Source of the DNA: Lachnospiraceae bacterium
GTDB lineage: Bacteria > Bacillota > Clostridia > Lachnospirales > Lachnospiraceae
Reading direction: 5' to 3'
Length of the DNA: 64,000 bases
Assembly (NCBI GenBank): GCA_045627085.1
Contig: JAZQNB010000023.1
Span: 14,591 to 78,590 of the forward strand
Every line of letters begins with the position of its first letter. Within the stretch, counting starts at the first letter, position 1. The position numbers and the translations under genes were made by a program. Shown here piece by piece: positions 47,447 through 56,699 of this stretch. The notes under the pieces are model-generated. The model searched no databases, had not been told where the DNA came from, and was given only the letters and a program-made list of their open reading frames with translations.

Positions 47447-49714
47447 ATGGCAAAGGTAGCAGACAGTTATTTTAAAATTAATCCATGGAAAATAATTGAG
47501 GAAGGCTTTAACCCTGACTACAGCGAAGTCGCTGAGTCAGTGTTCTCCCTCGGAAATGAATATATGGGTGTTAGAGGATACCTTGAGGAAGGCTACAGTG
47601 GGAAAACACTTCTGGGCAGCTACTTTAACGGTGTTTATGAAAGAGAAAAAGCAAAGGCTCCCGGCTATAAGGGAATTGTTCAGGAAACAGAGTTTATGGT
47701 TAACTCTCTCGACTGGTTATATACGGTTATAGTTGCCGGAGACGAAAAGCTTGATCTTAAGAAGAGTAAAATTAAAGATTTTGTTCGTGAACTTGACTTA
47801 AGGACAGGCTTACTTACCAGAAGCTTTGTATGGGAAACACAAAAAGGAGACATTAAGCTGACCTTTGAAAGACTTATTTCCATGACCAGAAATGAGCAGG
47901 CTTCCCAGAGAATTACGGTCGAATCTGTTGATTTCTGTGGCAGCTTTAACGTTAAATCTGGACTGAATTTCGATACATTTCATGGTGGAAAAGAGAAATA
48001 TTGGAATTTCTCAGAGCTTAAATCCGATAAAGGAATACTTCATATCAAAGGAACAACCAAGAACACCGGAATGTGTGTTGAGAGCTTCGCAGCTTTGTCA
48101 GGTTGCCTTACCAAGAAGGCCGAAAGCGCAACAATAAAGGAAGACAATAAGGTATATACAGAGTATTTTTTAAGCCTTGAAAAAGGCGAGAAGGTATGCC
48201 TTGAGAAAAACGTTATTAATTTAACTCCGCTTTCCGATTTGACAGCACCACTTGTTTTCAAAACTCTTGAGGAAGTAAGCTTTGACAGCTTATATGAAGA
48301 GTGTAAAGAATACTGGGCAAATGTATGGTCCAAATCAGATATAGAGATTGATGGCGATGAGGAAAATCAACAGGGTATCAGATTCTGTATATTCCAGATG
48401 TTCCAGACATATCACGGAGCTGTTCGCGGAACCAATATCGGAGCTAAGGGACTTACAGGTGAGGCCTATAACGGAAATGCTTTCTGGGATACCGAGACTT
48501 ACTGCCTGCCTTTCTATCTGTTCCATGACAAGACAGCTGCAAAGAATCTTCTCTATTTCAGATATGCAACACTTGCTGAGGCCAGAAACAGAGCTGATGC
48601 ACTGGATTGTAAAGGAGCATTTTATCCAATCGCTACTATTTCCGGAAGAGAGTGCTGTTCTTTATGGCAGCACGCATCCTTACAGCTTCAGGCTTCTACG
48701 GCTGTAGCCTACGGAATATGGTTCTATGAGAAGATTACAAAGGATTATTCCTTTGCTGAAGAGTTTGGATTAGAAATGTTAATCGAGATTTGCCGTATGC
48801 TTGCAACTCGTGGAGACTACAATGCTGATCATACTAAATACGGTTATTATTGCGTAATGGGACCTGATGAGTTCCAGATGATGGTAAACAACAATTGCTA
48901 TACGAACCTTATGGGTAAGTTTACATTTGATTATACACTTGAAGTTATGGACAGAATGAAAGCTTCCAATGCTTCAAGACTTTCGGAGGTACTTAAGAAA
49001 GTAAATTACAGTGAGGATGAGGGAAAGGATTGGAGCGAGAAATCAGCTGCCATGCTTATTCCCTTCGATGAGGACAGAAAGCTTTTCGAACAGCATCAGG
49101 GCTATTTTGAACTTCCCGATGTTGACCCGGATAAGATTCCGGTAGAAGAATTCCCGCTGTATGCACACTGGTCCTACGACAGAATTTACAGAAACAACAT
49201 GATTAAACAGCCTGATGTACTTATGTTTTTACTCATGTTTAATTCTTCCTATTCGGAAGAAGTGCTTCGCGCAAATTATGATTACTATGAGCCTAAATGT
49301 ATTCACGAGAGTTCACTTTCACCTTCTGTTCATTCCATCTTGGCTGAACAGCTTGGCAAATTTGACGAAGCCTTTGATTTCTTTAAGTTTGCGACTAGAA
49401 TGGATCTCGACAATTACAACAGAAATTCAAACGAAGGTCTTCATACTACATCAATTGCGGCAGCATGGATGAATATCGTTTACGGCTTTGGCGGACTTCG
49501 TTCCGACACAGATGTACTTTCCTTCGCTCCTCAGATTCCGGAGCATTGGAATGGCTACAAGTTCCGTATAGTATGCAACGGCGATGTAATTTGTGTTGAG
49601 GTTGACAAAAAAGCTTCACGCTTCAAGACCTTAAGCGGAAAAGAGATGACAGTAAGGATTTATGGTGAAACCGCAGTGATTTCGGGACAGGAAAAGGAAT
49701 TCGCCATTAAATAA
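47447..49714 (+). CDS. GH65 alpha-glucoside phosphorylase (maltose/kojibiose/nigerose/trehalose phosphorylase family), copy 1
   Basis: 755 aa. 'GEAYNGNAFWDTE', general-acid region 'VMGPDEFQMMVNNNCYTN', 'YEPKCIHESSLS' as in GH65. Confidence 0.9.
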   Translation: MAKVADSYFKINPWKIIEEGFNPDYSEVAESVFSLGNEYMGVRGYLEEGYSGKTLLGSYFNGVYEREKAKAPGYKGIVQETEFMVNSLDWLYTVIVAGDEKLDLKKSKIKDFVRELDLRTGLLTRSFVWETQKGDIKLTFERLISMTRNEQASQRITVESVDFCGSFNVKSGLNFDTFHGGKEKYWNFSELKSDKGILHIKGTTKNTGMCVESFAALSGCLTKKAESATIKEDNKVYTEYFLSLEKGEKVCLEKNVINLTPLSDLTAPLVFKTLEEVSFDSLYEECKEYWANVWSKSDIEIDGDEENQQGIRFCIFQMFQTYHGAVRGTNIGAKGLTGEAYNGNAFWDTETYCLPFYLFHDKTAAKNLLYFRYATLAEARNRADALDCKGAFYPIATISGRECCSLWQHASLQLQASTAVAYGIWFYEKITKDYSFAEEFGLEMLIEICRMLATRGDYNADHTKYGYYCVMGPDEFQMMVNNNCYTNLMGKFTFDYTLEVMDRMKASNASRLSEVLKKVNYSEDEGKDWSEKSAAMLIPFDEDRKLFEQHQGYFELPDVDPDKIPVEEFPLYAHWSYDRIYRNNMIKQPDVLMFLLMFNSSYSEEVLRANYDYYEPKCIHESSLSPSVHSILAEQLGKFDEAFDFFKFATRMDLDNYNRNSNEGLHTTSIAAAWMNIVYGFGGLRSDTDVLSFAPQIPEHWNGYKFRIVCNGDVICVEVDKKASRFKTLSGKEMTVRIYGETAVISGQEKEFAIK

Positions 49715-49742
49715 CAATAAAACGAAAAGGGAGATGAGGGAT

Positions 49743-51935
49743 ATGCCGGACTTTATTATCGGAGAAAATGAATATGATGAAGAAAAAGCAGCTACTCTTG
49801 GTAACAGGTACCTGATCGGAAACGGATACATAGGAATCAGAGGTACCTTGGATGAGTATACCTCGGAACTGCTCCCTGCCATTAATCTGGCAGGTATATA
49901 TGACCGGGCCGGAGAGGGATGGAGAGAACCAATTAACCTTCCCAACGGTTGTTATACATACCTTAAGGTGGATGGCGAAATATATAAACTGCCGGACCGT
50001 CAGGCATCCGAACACCATGTAAAATTAAACTACAGATATGGTTTGTTCAGCAGACTGACAACCTGGCATACGGATAGAGGAAATATTTCTCTTATCGCGG
50101 AACGTTTTGCATCTATGGACAATGTTCATGTGATTGGCAATAAGTATACGGTAACAGCGGATTTTCATGCCGATGTAGAGCTTTTGACCGGTATAGACTG
50201 CGTAGTATGGGATTTAAACGGTCCTCATCTTGAAAGAGTGATAATGGAGGACAAGGGAGGAGACCTTTTGGTTCAGGCCTCAACTCATGAAGAAAAAAAA
50301 GCAATTGCCGTAGCAGAAACCGTTAAAGTTAGTTTCCCTGCGGAAGTAGGCCAGTTAATCAAAGGCGAAAAGATTTTACATAAGATTTCATTTGTAACAA
50401 AACCCGGCGAGGATTATACCGCACAGAAATGGGTAGTGATATATACATCAAACGATTGCCCTAATCCGGTTGGAAGTGCTATGGCCGGCTTAAATGAGTT
50501 GAAAGCTTCCTGCTATGAAGAACAGCTTGATGCACATAAATCAAAATGGGATGAGCTTTGGCTTCGTTCGGAGGTTACCATTGAAGGAGATGAAGAGGCT
50601 GACAGAGCATTGAATTATTCACTGTATCACCTTCATTCGATAGCACCAAGACATACAAAGAGCTTATCGATTCCCGCGAGAGGACTTTCAGGTCAGACAT
50701 ATAAGGGAGCAGTTTTCTGGGATACGGAAATGTTTATGCTTGATTTCTTTATGATGACAGATCCCGACACCGCGAGAACTCTGATGAGATACAGAATAGA
50801 CACCCTTGAAGGCGCATTGAAAAAAGCAAAGAGTTATGGCTTTGAAGGTGCATTTTATGCATGGGAAAGTCAGGAGGGCGGATATGATGCTTGCTCTGAT
50901 TATAACGTAACAGACGTATTCACCGGTCGTCCCATGAGGACCTTCTTCAAGGATAAACAGATGCACATCACTTCTGCTGTATGCTATGGAATTTGCAGAT
51001 ATGTAGACTGGACAGGCGATGAATCACTCTTAGATGAAAAAGGTGTAAAAACCATCATTGAATGTGCAAACTTCTACTACAGCCTGTTGCTTAAGTTTGC
51101 GAACAAAGACTATTATGAGCTTCATGACTGCATCGGACCCGATGAATATCATGAGAGAATAAACAATAATGCCTATACGAACCGTATGGCAAAATATACA
51201 TTTGAAAAAGCTGTGGAAGTAATTGAAAAAGCCATGAAAAACGGCACGCTTCCCGAGGGCTATGACGGCAAACGTCTTATGGCGAAATTTAACGATGCCG
51301 CATCAAATCTGTACATCCCCAAACCCTGTACAGATGAAAACGATAGTATCCATTCGGACGTAATCGAACAGTTTGACGGATACTTTAAATTAGAAGATGC
51401 AAGCTTATCAGAAGTTCGTGGAAGACTTCTCCACGAAAAAGAATATTGGGGTGGAGCATATGGCGTTGCAAGCCATACTCAGGTTATCAAGCAGGCGGAT
51501 GTAGTAACCATGCTTAATCTGTTCAGCGATGAATACGATGAAGAAATACTTCGAAAGAATTGGGAGTTCTATGAGCCCAGAACCGAGCATGGTTCTTCAC
51601 TGTCAGCTGGAATGTATTCAATGCTTGCCTGCAAAATTGGTGAGCCTGACAGAGCTTATCCTTTCTTTATCAAATCTGCTTCGGCAGATATTAAAGGTGG
51701 CGGAAAGGAATGGGCAGGACTTGTCTACATAGGCGGAACACATCCCGCAGCTGCCGGCGCTGCTTACATGACGGCAATAGAAGGCTTTGCCGGAGTGAGA
51801 ATTAAAAATGGCAAGCTTACCGTTAATCCCAGCCTTCCTAAGTCTATAAAAGGAATGCGCTTTAAGATTTTCCACATGGGAAAAGAATACGAGATTGAGA
51901 TTAAAGGCAATCTTGCACAGATTAATGAATGTTAA
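49743..51935 (+). CDS. GH65 alpha-glucoside phosphorylase, copy 2
   Basis: ~730 aa. 'GQTYKGAVFWDTE', 'CIGPDEYHERINNNAYTN', 'YEPRTEHGSSLS'. The ORF opens at ATG 49734; ATG 49743 is better spaced from AAGGGAG. Confidence 0.9.
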   Translation: MPDFIIGENEYDEEKAATLGNRYLIGNGYIGIRGTLDEYTSELLPAINLAGIYDRAGEGWREPINLPNGCYTYLKVDGEIYKLPDRQASEHHVKLNYRYGLFSRLTTWHTDRGNISLIAERFASMDNVHVIGNKYTVTADFHADVELLTGIDCVVWDLNGPHLERVIMEDKGGDLLVQASTHEEKKAIAVAETVKVSFPAEVGQLIKGEKILHKISFVTKPGEDYTAQKWVVIYTSNDCPNPVGSAMAGLNELKASCYEEQLDAHKSKWDELWLRSEVTIEGDEEADRALNYSLYHLHSIAPRHTKSLSIPARGLSGQTYKGAVFWDTEMFMLDFFMMTDPDTARTLMRYRIDTLEGALKKAKSYGFEGAFYAWESQEGGYDACSDYNVTDVFTGRPMRTFFKDKQMHITSAVCYGICRYVDWTGDESLLDEKGVKTIIECANFYYSLLLKFANKDYYELHDCIGPDEYHERINNNAYTNRMAKYTFEKAVEVIEKAMKNGTLPEGYDGKRLMAKFNDAASNLYIPKPCTDENDSIHSDVIEQFDGYFKLEDASLSEVRGRLLHEKEYWGGAYGVASHTQVIKQADVVTMLNLFSDEYDEEILRKNWEFYEPRTEHGSSLSAGMYSMLACKIGEPDRAYPFFIKSASADIKGGGKEWAGLVYIGGTHPAAAGAAYMTAIEGFAGVRIKNGKLTVNPSLPKSIKGMRFKIFHMGKEYEIEIKGNLAQINEC

Positions 51936-51955
51936 ATTCAAAAAACAAATATATA

Positions 51956-52966
51956 TTATAGCTGTTTGACACTTAAACGCTCCACCAATCTGGTGGAAAG
52001 AGTGATTTCGGTAGTATCCAGAGGCTTCCCGGATAATTGTTGGAGCATAAAGTCAACAGCGAGTCGTCCCTTTAAATTAAAGTCCTGGTGAATGGTTGTA
52101 AGAGGCGGGTCAACCAGTTGCGACAAAGTGATGTCATCGAAACCGACGATAGAAATATCCTCAGGTATTCTTTTACCCTTCTCTTTCAAAGCAGCCATTA
52201 TACCTGCGGCCATGATATCTGCGGAGACAACGAGACCTGTCATGTCAGGATGCTCAACTATGGATTTCACGCAGAGCTTACAGGAAGGAATATCCATTTC
52301 CTGCTGGAAAACCAGTCCTTTGTCAAAAGGAATTCCGGCATCCGCAAGGGCTGATTTATATCCCAGAAAACGTTCCTGCAAAACACCGCCGTCTTTGATG
52401 TTGGGCGATGCAAATCCGATTCTTTTATGGCCTTTGTCAATGAGATGTTTGGTTGCATTATAGCTTCCGTCAAAATCCTCCAAACCGACATTACAAAATC
52501 TGGGCGCATTGGCATAGGAGTCCAAAAGAACAACGGGAATGTTTAATCCGGAGAGGGAATCCAAAAATTTATCTTTGAAAATGCCTGTAAAGAACAGACC
52601 ATCCATATTCCAACGGGTTAGAAAGCGAACCAGTTCTTCAGCATTTTCAACAGTTCTAAGCATTAAGAAATAGCCATTTTCACGGAGCGTGGATTCGATG
52701 GCACCGATTACGGCAGAGTGAAAAGGATCTTCCATAAAGTTTGAATCATCTCGCGTAATTATATGGTTTACAAATCCAATCACCTTGGATGAACTGGAGA
52801 CCAGACTTCGCGCAGACATATTTGGAATATATCCAAGCTCCTTTATGGCATCGTTTATTTTCTGTATTGTTTCTGCAGATACACGTTTGTCTTTTCCGTG
52901 AATTACATTAGAAACTGTGGTGGCTGAAACGCCTGTAGCGTTTGCAATATCTCTGATGGTGACCAT
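51956..52966 (-). CDS. LacI-family transcriptional regulator
   Basis: N-terminal HTH 'VTIRDIANATGVSATTVSNVIHG' plus a Peripla_BP sugar-binding core. Convergent with the GH65 genes, with only a 20-bp gap. Confidence 0.9.
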   Translation of the reverse strand: MVTIRDIANATGVSATTVSNVIHGKDKRVSAETIQKINDAIKELGYIPNMSARSLVSSSSKVIGFVNHIITRDDSNFMEDPFHSAVIGAIESTLRENGYFLMLRTVENAEELVRFLTRWNMDGLFFTGIFKDKFLDSLSGLNIPVVLLDSYANAPRFCNVGLEDFDGSYNATKHLIDKGHKRIGFASPNIKDGGVLQERFLGYKSALADAGIPFDKGLVFQQEMDIPSCKLCVKSIVEHPDMTGLVVSADIMAAGIMAALKEKGKRIPEDISIVGFDDITLSQLVDPPLTTIHQDFNLKGRLAVDFMLQQLSGKPLDTTEITLSTRLVERLSVKQL

Positions 52967-53001
52967 GGCTTCTCCTTAGGGCTATTTTTTTTATACGATT
53001 C

Positions 53002-53015
53002 GTTTAACGTTTAAC
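53002..53015. promoter_or_regulatory. Third candidate operator, GTTTAACGTTTAAC, in the lacI/pgmB divergent intergenic region
   Basis: Shares GTTTAACGTT with the 43738 and 43871 sites. Lies 36 bp upstream of the LacI start and 105 bp upstream of pgmB. Confidence 0.4.
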
Positions 53016-53119
53016 TAAGTGTAATTATAAAGCAAATCAGGGGAAAAAAGCAATTGCAATTCCTGGTTTACATATAACTTTTTATTAATTTTAGCATATT
53101 AAGAATGGAGTAACAAGGA

Positions 53120-53770
53120 ATGATAAAAGGAATTATTTTTGATTTGGACGGAGTTTTGGTTTCAACCGACGAAATGCACTATCTTGCATGGAAAAAATTG
53201 GCAGATGACCTGGGAATAACAGGCTTTACCAAGGAAGATAATAAGCGTCAGCGTGGAGTAAGCCGTATGGCATCCCTTGAGGTAGTCCTTGAAAAATCTG
53301 ACAAAAAGTACACCGATGAGGAAAAATTAGAGCTGGCAGACAGAAAGAATAACTTCTATTTAGAGCTTTTAAAAACAATGGATGATTCTGCAGTATTAAA
53401 GGATGTTAAGCCCACACTTTCAGCTTTAAAGGAAAGAGGACTTATGCTTGCCCTCGGTTCTGCTTCAAAAAATGCACCTGCAATTATTGAGAAAACAGGA
53501 ATAGCACCTTATATGGATAAGGTGAGCTGTGGCCTTGATACTCAGAAATCAAAGCCCGATCCTGAAGTATTTTTGATTGCTGCAAAGAAGCTGGGACTTG
53601 ATCCTTCGGAATGTGTTGTGGTTGAGGATTCTCAGGCAGGAATAGATGCGGCAAAGGCAGGCGGATTTACATCCCTGGCAGTAGGTCCTTTTCATGATTC
53701 TATGGGAGCTGACTTTAATGCACCGCTTCTTTGTGAAGTAAACAATTGGGACGAAATCATCAACAGATGA
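53120..53770 (+). CDS. pgmB: Beta-phosphoglucomutase (HAD superfamily)
   Basis: 'IIFDLDGVLVSTDE' (DxDG nucleophile motif), 'GVSRMASLE', 'LGSASKNA', 'SKPDPEVFL', 'VVVEDSQAGIDAAKAGG'. Close resemblance to L. lactis beta-PGM as I recall it. Confidence 0.9.
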   Translation: MIKGIIFDLDGVLVSTDEMHYLAWKKLADDLGITGFTKEDNKRQRGVSRMASLEVVLEKSDKKYTDEEKLELADRKNNFYLELLKTMDDSAVLKDVKPTLSALKERGLMLALGSASKNAPAIIEKTGIAPYMDKVSCGLDTQKSKPDPEVFLIAAKKLGLDPSECVVVEDSQAGIDAAKAGGFTSLAVGPFHDSMGADFNAPLLCEVNNWDEIINR

Positions 53771-53822
53771 TTCAGCTATAAACAGACAAACTATATAATG
53801 TAAGAAAGAGGAGGAAATACTA

Positions 53823-55382
53823 TTGAAAAAGGTGGCAATTGGTTTGCAGTATGTACTCATGCTTGCTCTGATAGCAGCGGCAGTTTTAGCCGTTCCGGTT
53901 ATCAGGGAAAACAAAATTAAAGCGCAGGAGGCCTTAAAGCTTTCGAATGCGAAGGTTGTGCTCTATGACGGCCCCAAGACACTTAGAGATGCAACGGAGG
54001 AGGATTTAAAAAATACGGCGGAAAATAATCGTGATTTTTCGCTCCTTCATTGTACGGACACAATCGTTACGGTAAACGGTGAGGAGGCCTATGTGTATGA
54101 TACAAATGTCAATCATACCAGAAGCTGGGTTTCAAGCTACTATCCTCCACAGAGCAGAACTCCCATAACCTATTTTGATTTTGAGGGAACTGTGGAAATA
54201 TGTGTAACGGTACCCAATATTGATATTGAAACCGTAAAGATCAGTCCCTTATCATATGGAATTGAACCGGTGGTGGATGCAGATGCTCACACGGTTACCT
54301 TTAGGATTGACAATCCGGACAATTATACGCTTCAGTTTAACGCTTCTCCGGAACGTGCTCTTCATATTTTTGCTTTCCCTCTTGAAACAGAGGAAGAGCT
54401 TGCTGTCAGGAATGACCCTGCAACAATAGTGATTGAGCCCGGTGAGTGGAATATAGAAAATGTTTCTCTTTCAAGCGGGCAGACTCTTTATATCAGTGGC
54501 GGTGCGGTTGTACACGGAACGGTTTGTGCAAACTTTGCAAGTAAGATAACGGTAATGGGCCATGGTATTTTGGACGGCTCTAAAATAGAAGGCTGGAAGG
54601 GAACTACAGCTTACATTCCTTTGAAGTTTGACCACTGTTCAGAAGTTACACTAAAAGATATCATTGTCACCAACCCTAATGCATGGGTTGTACAGCAATA
54701 CGATTCCAAGGACGGAATAATTGACGGACTTAAGATTATTTCATCTCGTCCTAACGGCGACGGAATTTCCATGCAGTCAGCACAGAACTATGAGGTGAAG
54801 AATTGTTTTGTACGAAGCTGGGATGATTCACTTGTTGTTAAAAATTATGATACAAATTCAGAAAATCTTTATTTCCATGATATTCAGATATGGACTGATT
54901 TGGCTCAGTCAATGGAAATAGGGTTTGAAACCAACAAAGGTAAGAAGAATGATTCTTATATAAAGGATATCATCTTTGAAAATATAACCGTGTTGAATAA
55001 TTATCATAAGCCTGTTATCTCAGTTCACAATGCGGATGATGCCGCTCTTTCGGATATTCTTTTCAAGGATATAACGGTAGAACATGAGGAAATAGGCAGT
55101 GGGGATTCCAATTTGAAGTTCCTTATAGATATAGCTGTAGTAGAAAACTCTCAGTGGTCTTCTACATCTACAAGGGGAACCATTTCAAATGTTACTTTGG
55201 AAAATGTTAATTTTATCGAAGGTACGGAAAATGTATCACGAATCAGAGGCTTTGATACGACACATATGACTACTGACATTCATTTCAAGAATCTTACAAT
55301 GTTTGGAAAACAGATTCTTTCAGCTGAAGATGCAGGAATTAAAGTGGATGAGAACACAACATCAAATATCACTTTTGAGTAG
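53823..55382 (+). CDS. Membrane-anchored right-handed beta-helix glycosidase (GH28/GH49-like fold)
   Basis: TTG start 9 nt after AGGAGG. N-terminal TM or signal segment. 'RPNGDGISMQSAQNYEVKNCFVRSWDDSLVVKNY' resembles the NxDG..(G/W)DD motifs of parallel beta-helix glycosidases. Family assignment is tentative. Confidence 0.6.
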   Translation: MKKVAIGLQYVLMLALIAAAVLAVPVIRENKIKAQEALKLSNAKVVLYDGPKTLRDATEEDLKNTAENNRDFSLLHCTDTIVTVNGEEAYVYDTNVNHTRSWVSSYYPPQSRTPITYFDFEGTVEICVTVPNIDIETVKISPLSYGIEPVVDADAHTVTFRIDNPDNYTLQFNASPERALHIFAFPLETEEELAVRNDPATIVIEPGEWNIENVSLSSGQTLYISGGAVVHGTVCANFASKITVMGHGILDGSKIEGWKGTTAYIPLKFDHCSEVTLKDIIVTNPNAWVVQQYDSKDGIIDGLKIISSRPNGDGISMQSAQNYEVKNCFVRSWDDSLVVKNYDTNSENLYFHDIQIWTDLAQSMEIGFETNKGKKNDSYIKDIIFENITVLNNYHKPVISVHNADDAALSDILFKDITVEHEEIGSGDSNLKFLIDIAVVENSQWSSTSTRGTISNVTLENVNFIEGTENVSRIRGFDTTHMTTDIHFKNLTMFGKQILSAEDAGIKVDENTTSNITFE

Positions 55383-55393
55383 GAGGGGTAAAA

Positions 55394-56038
55394 ATGAAAA
55401 ATGTAAGAATAATACTGTTAATAGTTTTTGCCCTTGCGGCAGCAGGAATCTGGGGCTATGCGATTTCTTCAAAGCCCGCAGATGAAAACAGCGATTCCAA
55501 GGGTGATATTACCCTTGTAGCTACAACAGAACAGACTGAAATTGAGACCCCTTCATATTTTGTTGTGGAGGAATATGATCCGATTATTCCCGACGGAACC
55601 AATATTGCGGATTTGTCCAGATTTGATGCTTCCGGATACAATGACGTTTATCTTCCGGGTAAGGCAAAGGACGGAAAAACTGCCGGGGCTTCTTATTGGG
55701 AGGCTGCAGCAGATTCCTATCCTAATACGCTTACGGCCATTTTCCAGGAAAGCTTTAACGTTCATGCCGTTAAGCTCATGCTTTGTCCTCTGCCAATATG
55801 GGGAACCAGAATTCAGACCTTCTCAATTGAAGTATCTGAAGATGGCGAGAATTTTAAAGAAATCGTAGCCTCAGAGGACTATACCTTTGATCCTAAGACT
55901 GATAATGAGGTTGTTGTTGAGTTTGATGAAGTCAATATGAAATCTATCAGGCTTATTTTCACCCAAAATACCGGCGCAGTAGGGGCGCAGGTTGCAGAGT
56001 GGGAAATTTATTCCAACGATGACATTGCGTCGGAGTAA
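55394..56038 (+). CDS. Membrane-anchored discoidin (F5/8 type C, CBM32-like) domain protein
   Basis: N-terminal TM segment. C-terminus '..FNVHAVKLML..IQTFSIEVSEDGENFKEIV..MKSIRLIFTQNTGAVGAQVAEWEIYS' as in discoidin domains. Confidence 0.7.
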   Translation: MKNVRIILLIVFALAAAGIWGYAISSKPADENSDSKGDITLVATTEQTEIETPSYFVVEEYDPIIPDGTNIADLSRFDASGYNDVYLPGKAKDGKTAGASYWEAAADSYPNTLTAIFQESFNVHAVKLMLCPLPIWGTRIQTFSIEVSEDGENFKEIVASEDYTFDPKTDNEVVVEFDEVNMKSIRLIFTQNTGAVGAQVAEWEIYSNDDIASE

Positions 56039-56051
56039 ATAACTAATTGAC

Positions 56052-56087
56052 AAAAAACAACCTAAGAATTCCTTAGGTTGTTTTTTT
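56052..56087 (+). terminator. Strong rho-independent terminator closing the pgmB-glycosidase-discoidin unit
   Basis: caacctaag / cttaggttg stem, extended by A6/T7 arms, with a 5-nt loop and a T7 run. Confidence 0.7.
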
Positions 56088-56138
56088 ATATCCATTTTTG
56101 GGTTTCGCCGCCCATAAAACAATAAGAAAAGGAGAAAA

Positions 56139-56396
56139 ATGAGAATACTGGGAAAAAAGAGAGTCGAAGTATTAACTTCCATTGAAGCGTACGCTGCGTG
56201 CAGCCCTTCAACAGGCTGTGATTCAGATGTATTGTGTGCATGCGCCTGTCGTGAAAACAAAAAGAATGGCGGATATACCGTACGAAATGTATCGCTGCAG
56301 ACGACTAACTGCAAGATTGAGAATTCCGCTTACTGGTCAAATTATATCAAGAAAAACGGAAATTACAGTCCCTATAATTATAGTTGCAAAAGATAG
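56139..56396 (+). CDS. RiPP precursor peptide, Cys-rich, paralog 1 (85 aa)
   Basis: MRILGKKRVEVLTSIEAYAACSPSTGCDSDVLCACACRENKKNGGYTVRNVSLQTTNCKIENSAYWSNYIKKNGNYSPYNYSCKR. RBS AAGGAG. Has 7 Cys. Lies upstream of the rSAM/SPASM gene. Confidence 0.75.
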   Translation: MRILGKKRVEVLTSIEAYAACSPSTGCDSDVLCACACRENKKNGGYTVRNVSLQTTNCKIENSAYWSNYIKKNGNYSPYNYSCKR

Positions 56397-56427
56397 CGTT
56401 TGCTAAAACAAAGAAGAGGAGAAATAT

Positions 56428-56673
56428 ATGAAAAGAATAGGAAAGAAAAGAGAAACAGTATTAAGCTCTATTGAAGCTTATGCATCCTGCAGCCCTTCAA
56501 CAGGCTGTGATTCAGACTTTCTGTGTAAATGTAATTGTTCACATGGAGGAACAAGTGCGAGCATGGCACCTCCGCAGTCATCAAACTGCAAGATGGAGAA
56601 TTCCGCTTACTGGTCAAATTATATCAAAAATAACGGTAATTACAGCCCTTATAATTATGGTTGCAAGAGATAA
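56428..56673 (+). CDS. RiPP precursor peptide, Cys-rich, paralog 2 (81 aa)
   Basis: MKRIGKKRETVLSSIEAYASCSPSTGCDSDFLCKCNCSHGGTSASMAPPQSSNCKMENSAYWSNYIKNNGNYSPYNYGCKR. RBS AGAGGAG. Has 7 Cys at the same positions. Confidence 0.8.
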   Translation: MKRIGKKRETVLSSIEAYASCSPSTGCDSDFLCKCNCSHGGTSASMAPPQSSNCKMENSAYWSNYIKNNGNYSPYNYGCKR

Positions 56674-56699
56674 ATTGAGGTTGGTAAAAGGAATTTAGG

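Noticed and set aside
51936-51955. 20-bp gap between the convergent GH65 and LacI genes, with no terminator hairpin
   Set aside because: It may allow transcript overlap or interference. There is nothing structured to report, and such tight convergent junctions are common.
55871-56314. 147-aa minus-strand ORF spanning the discoidin gene end, the terminator and precursor 1
   Set aside because: It runs antisense through a strong terminator hairpin and two well-supported + strand genes. It has no RBS or recognisable domain.
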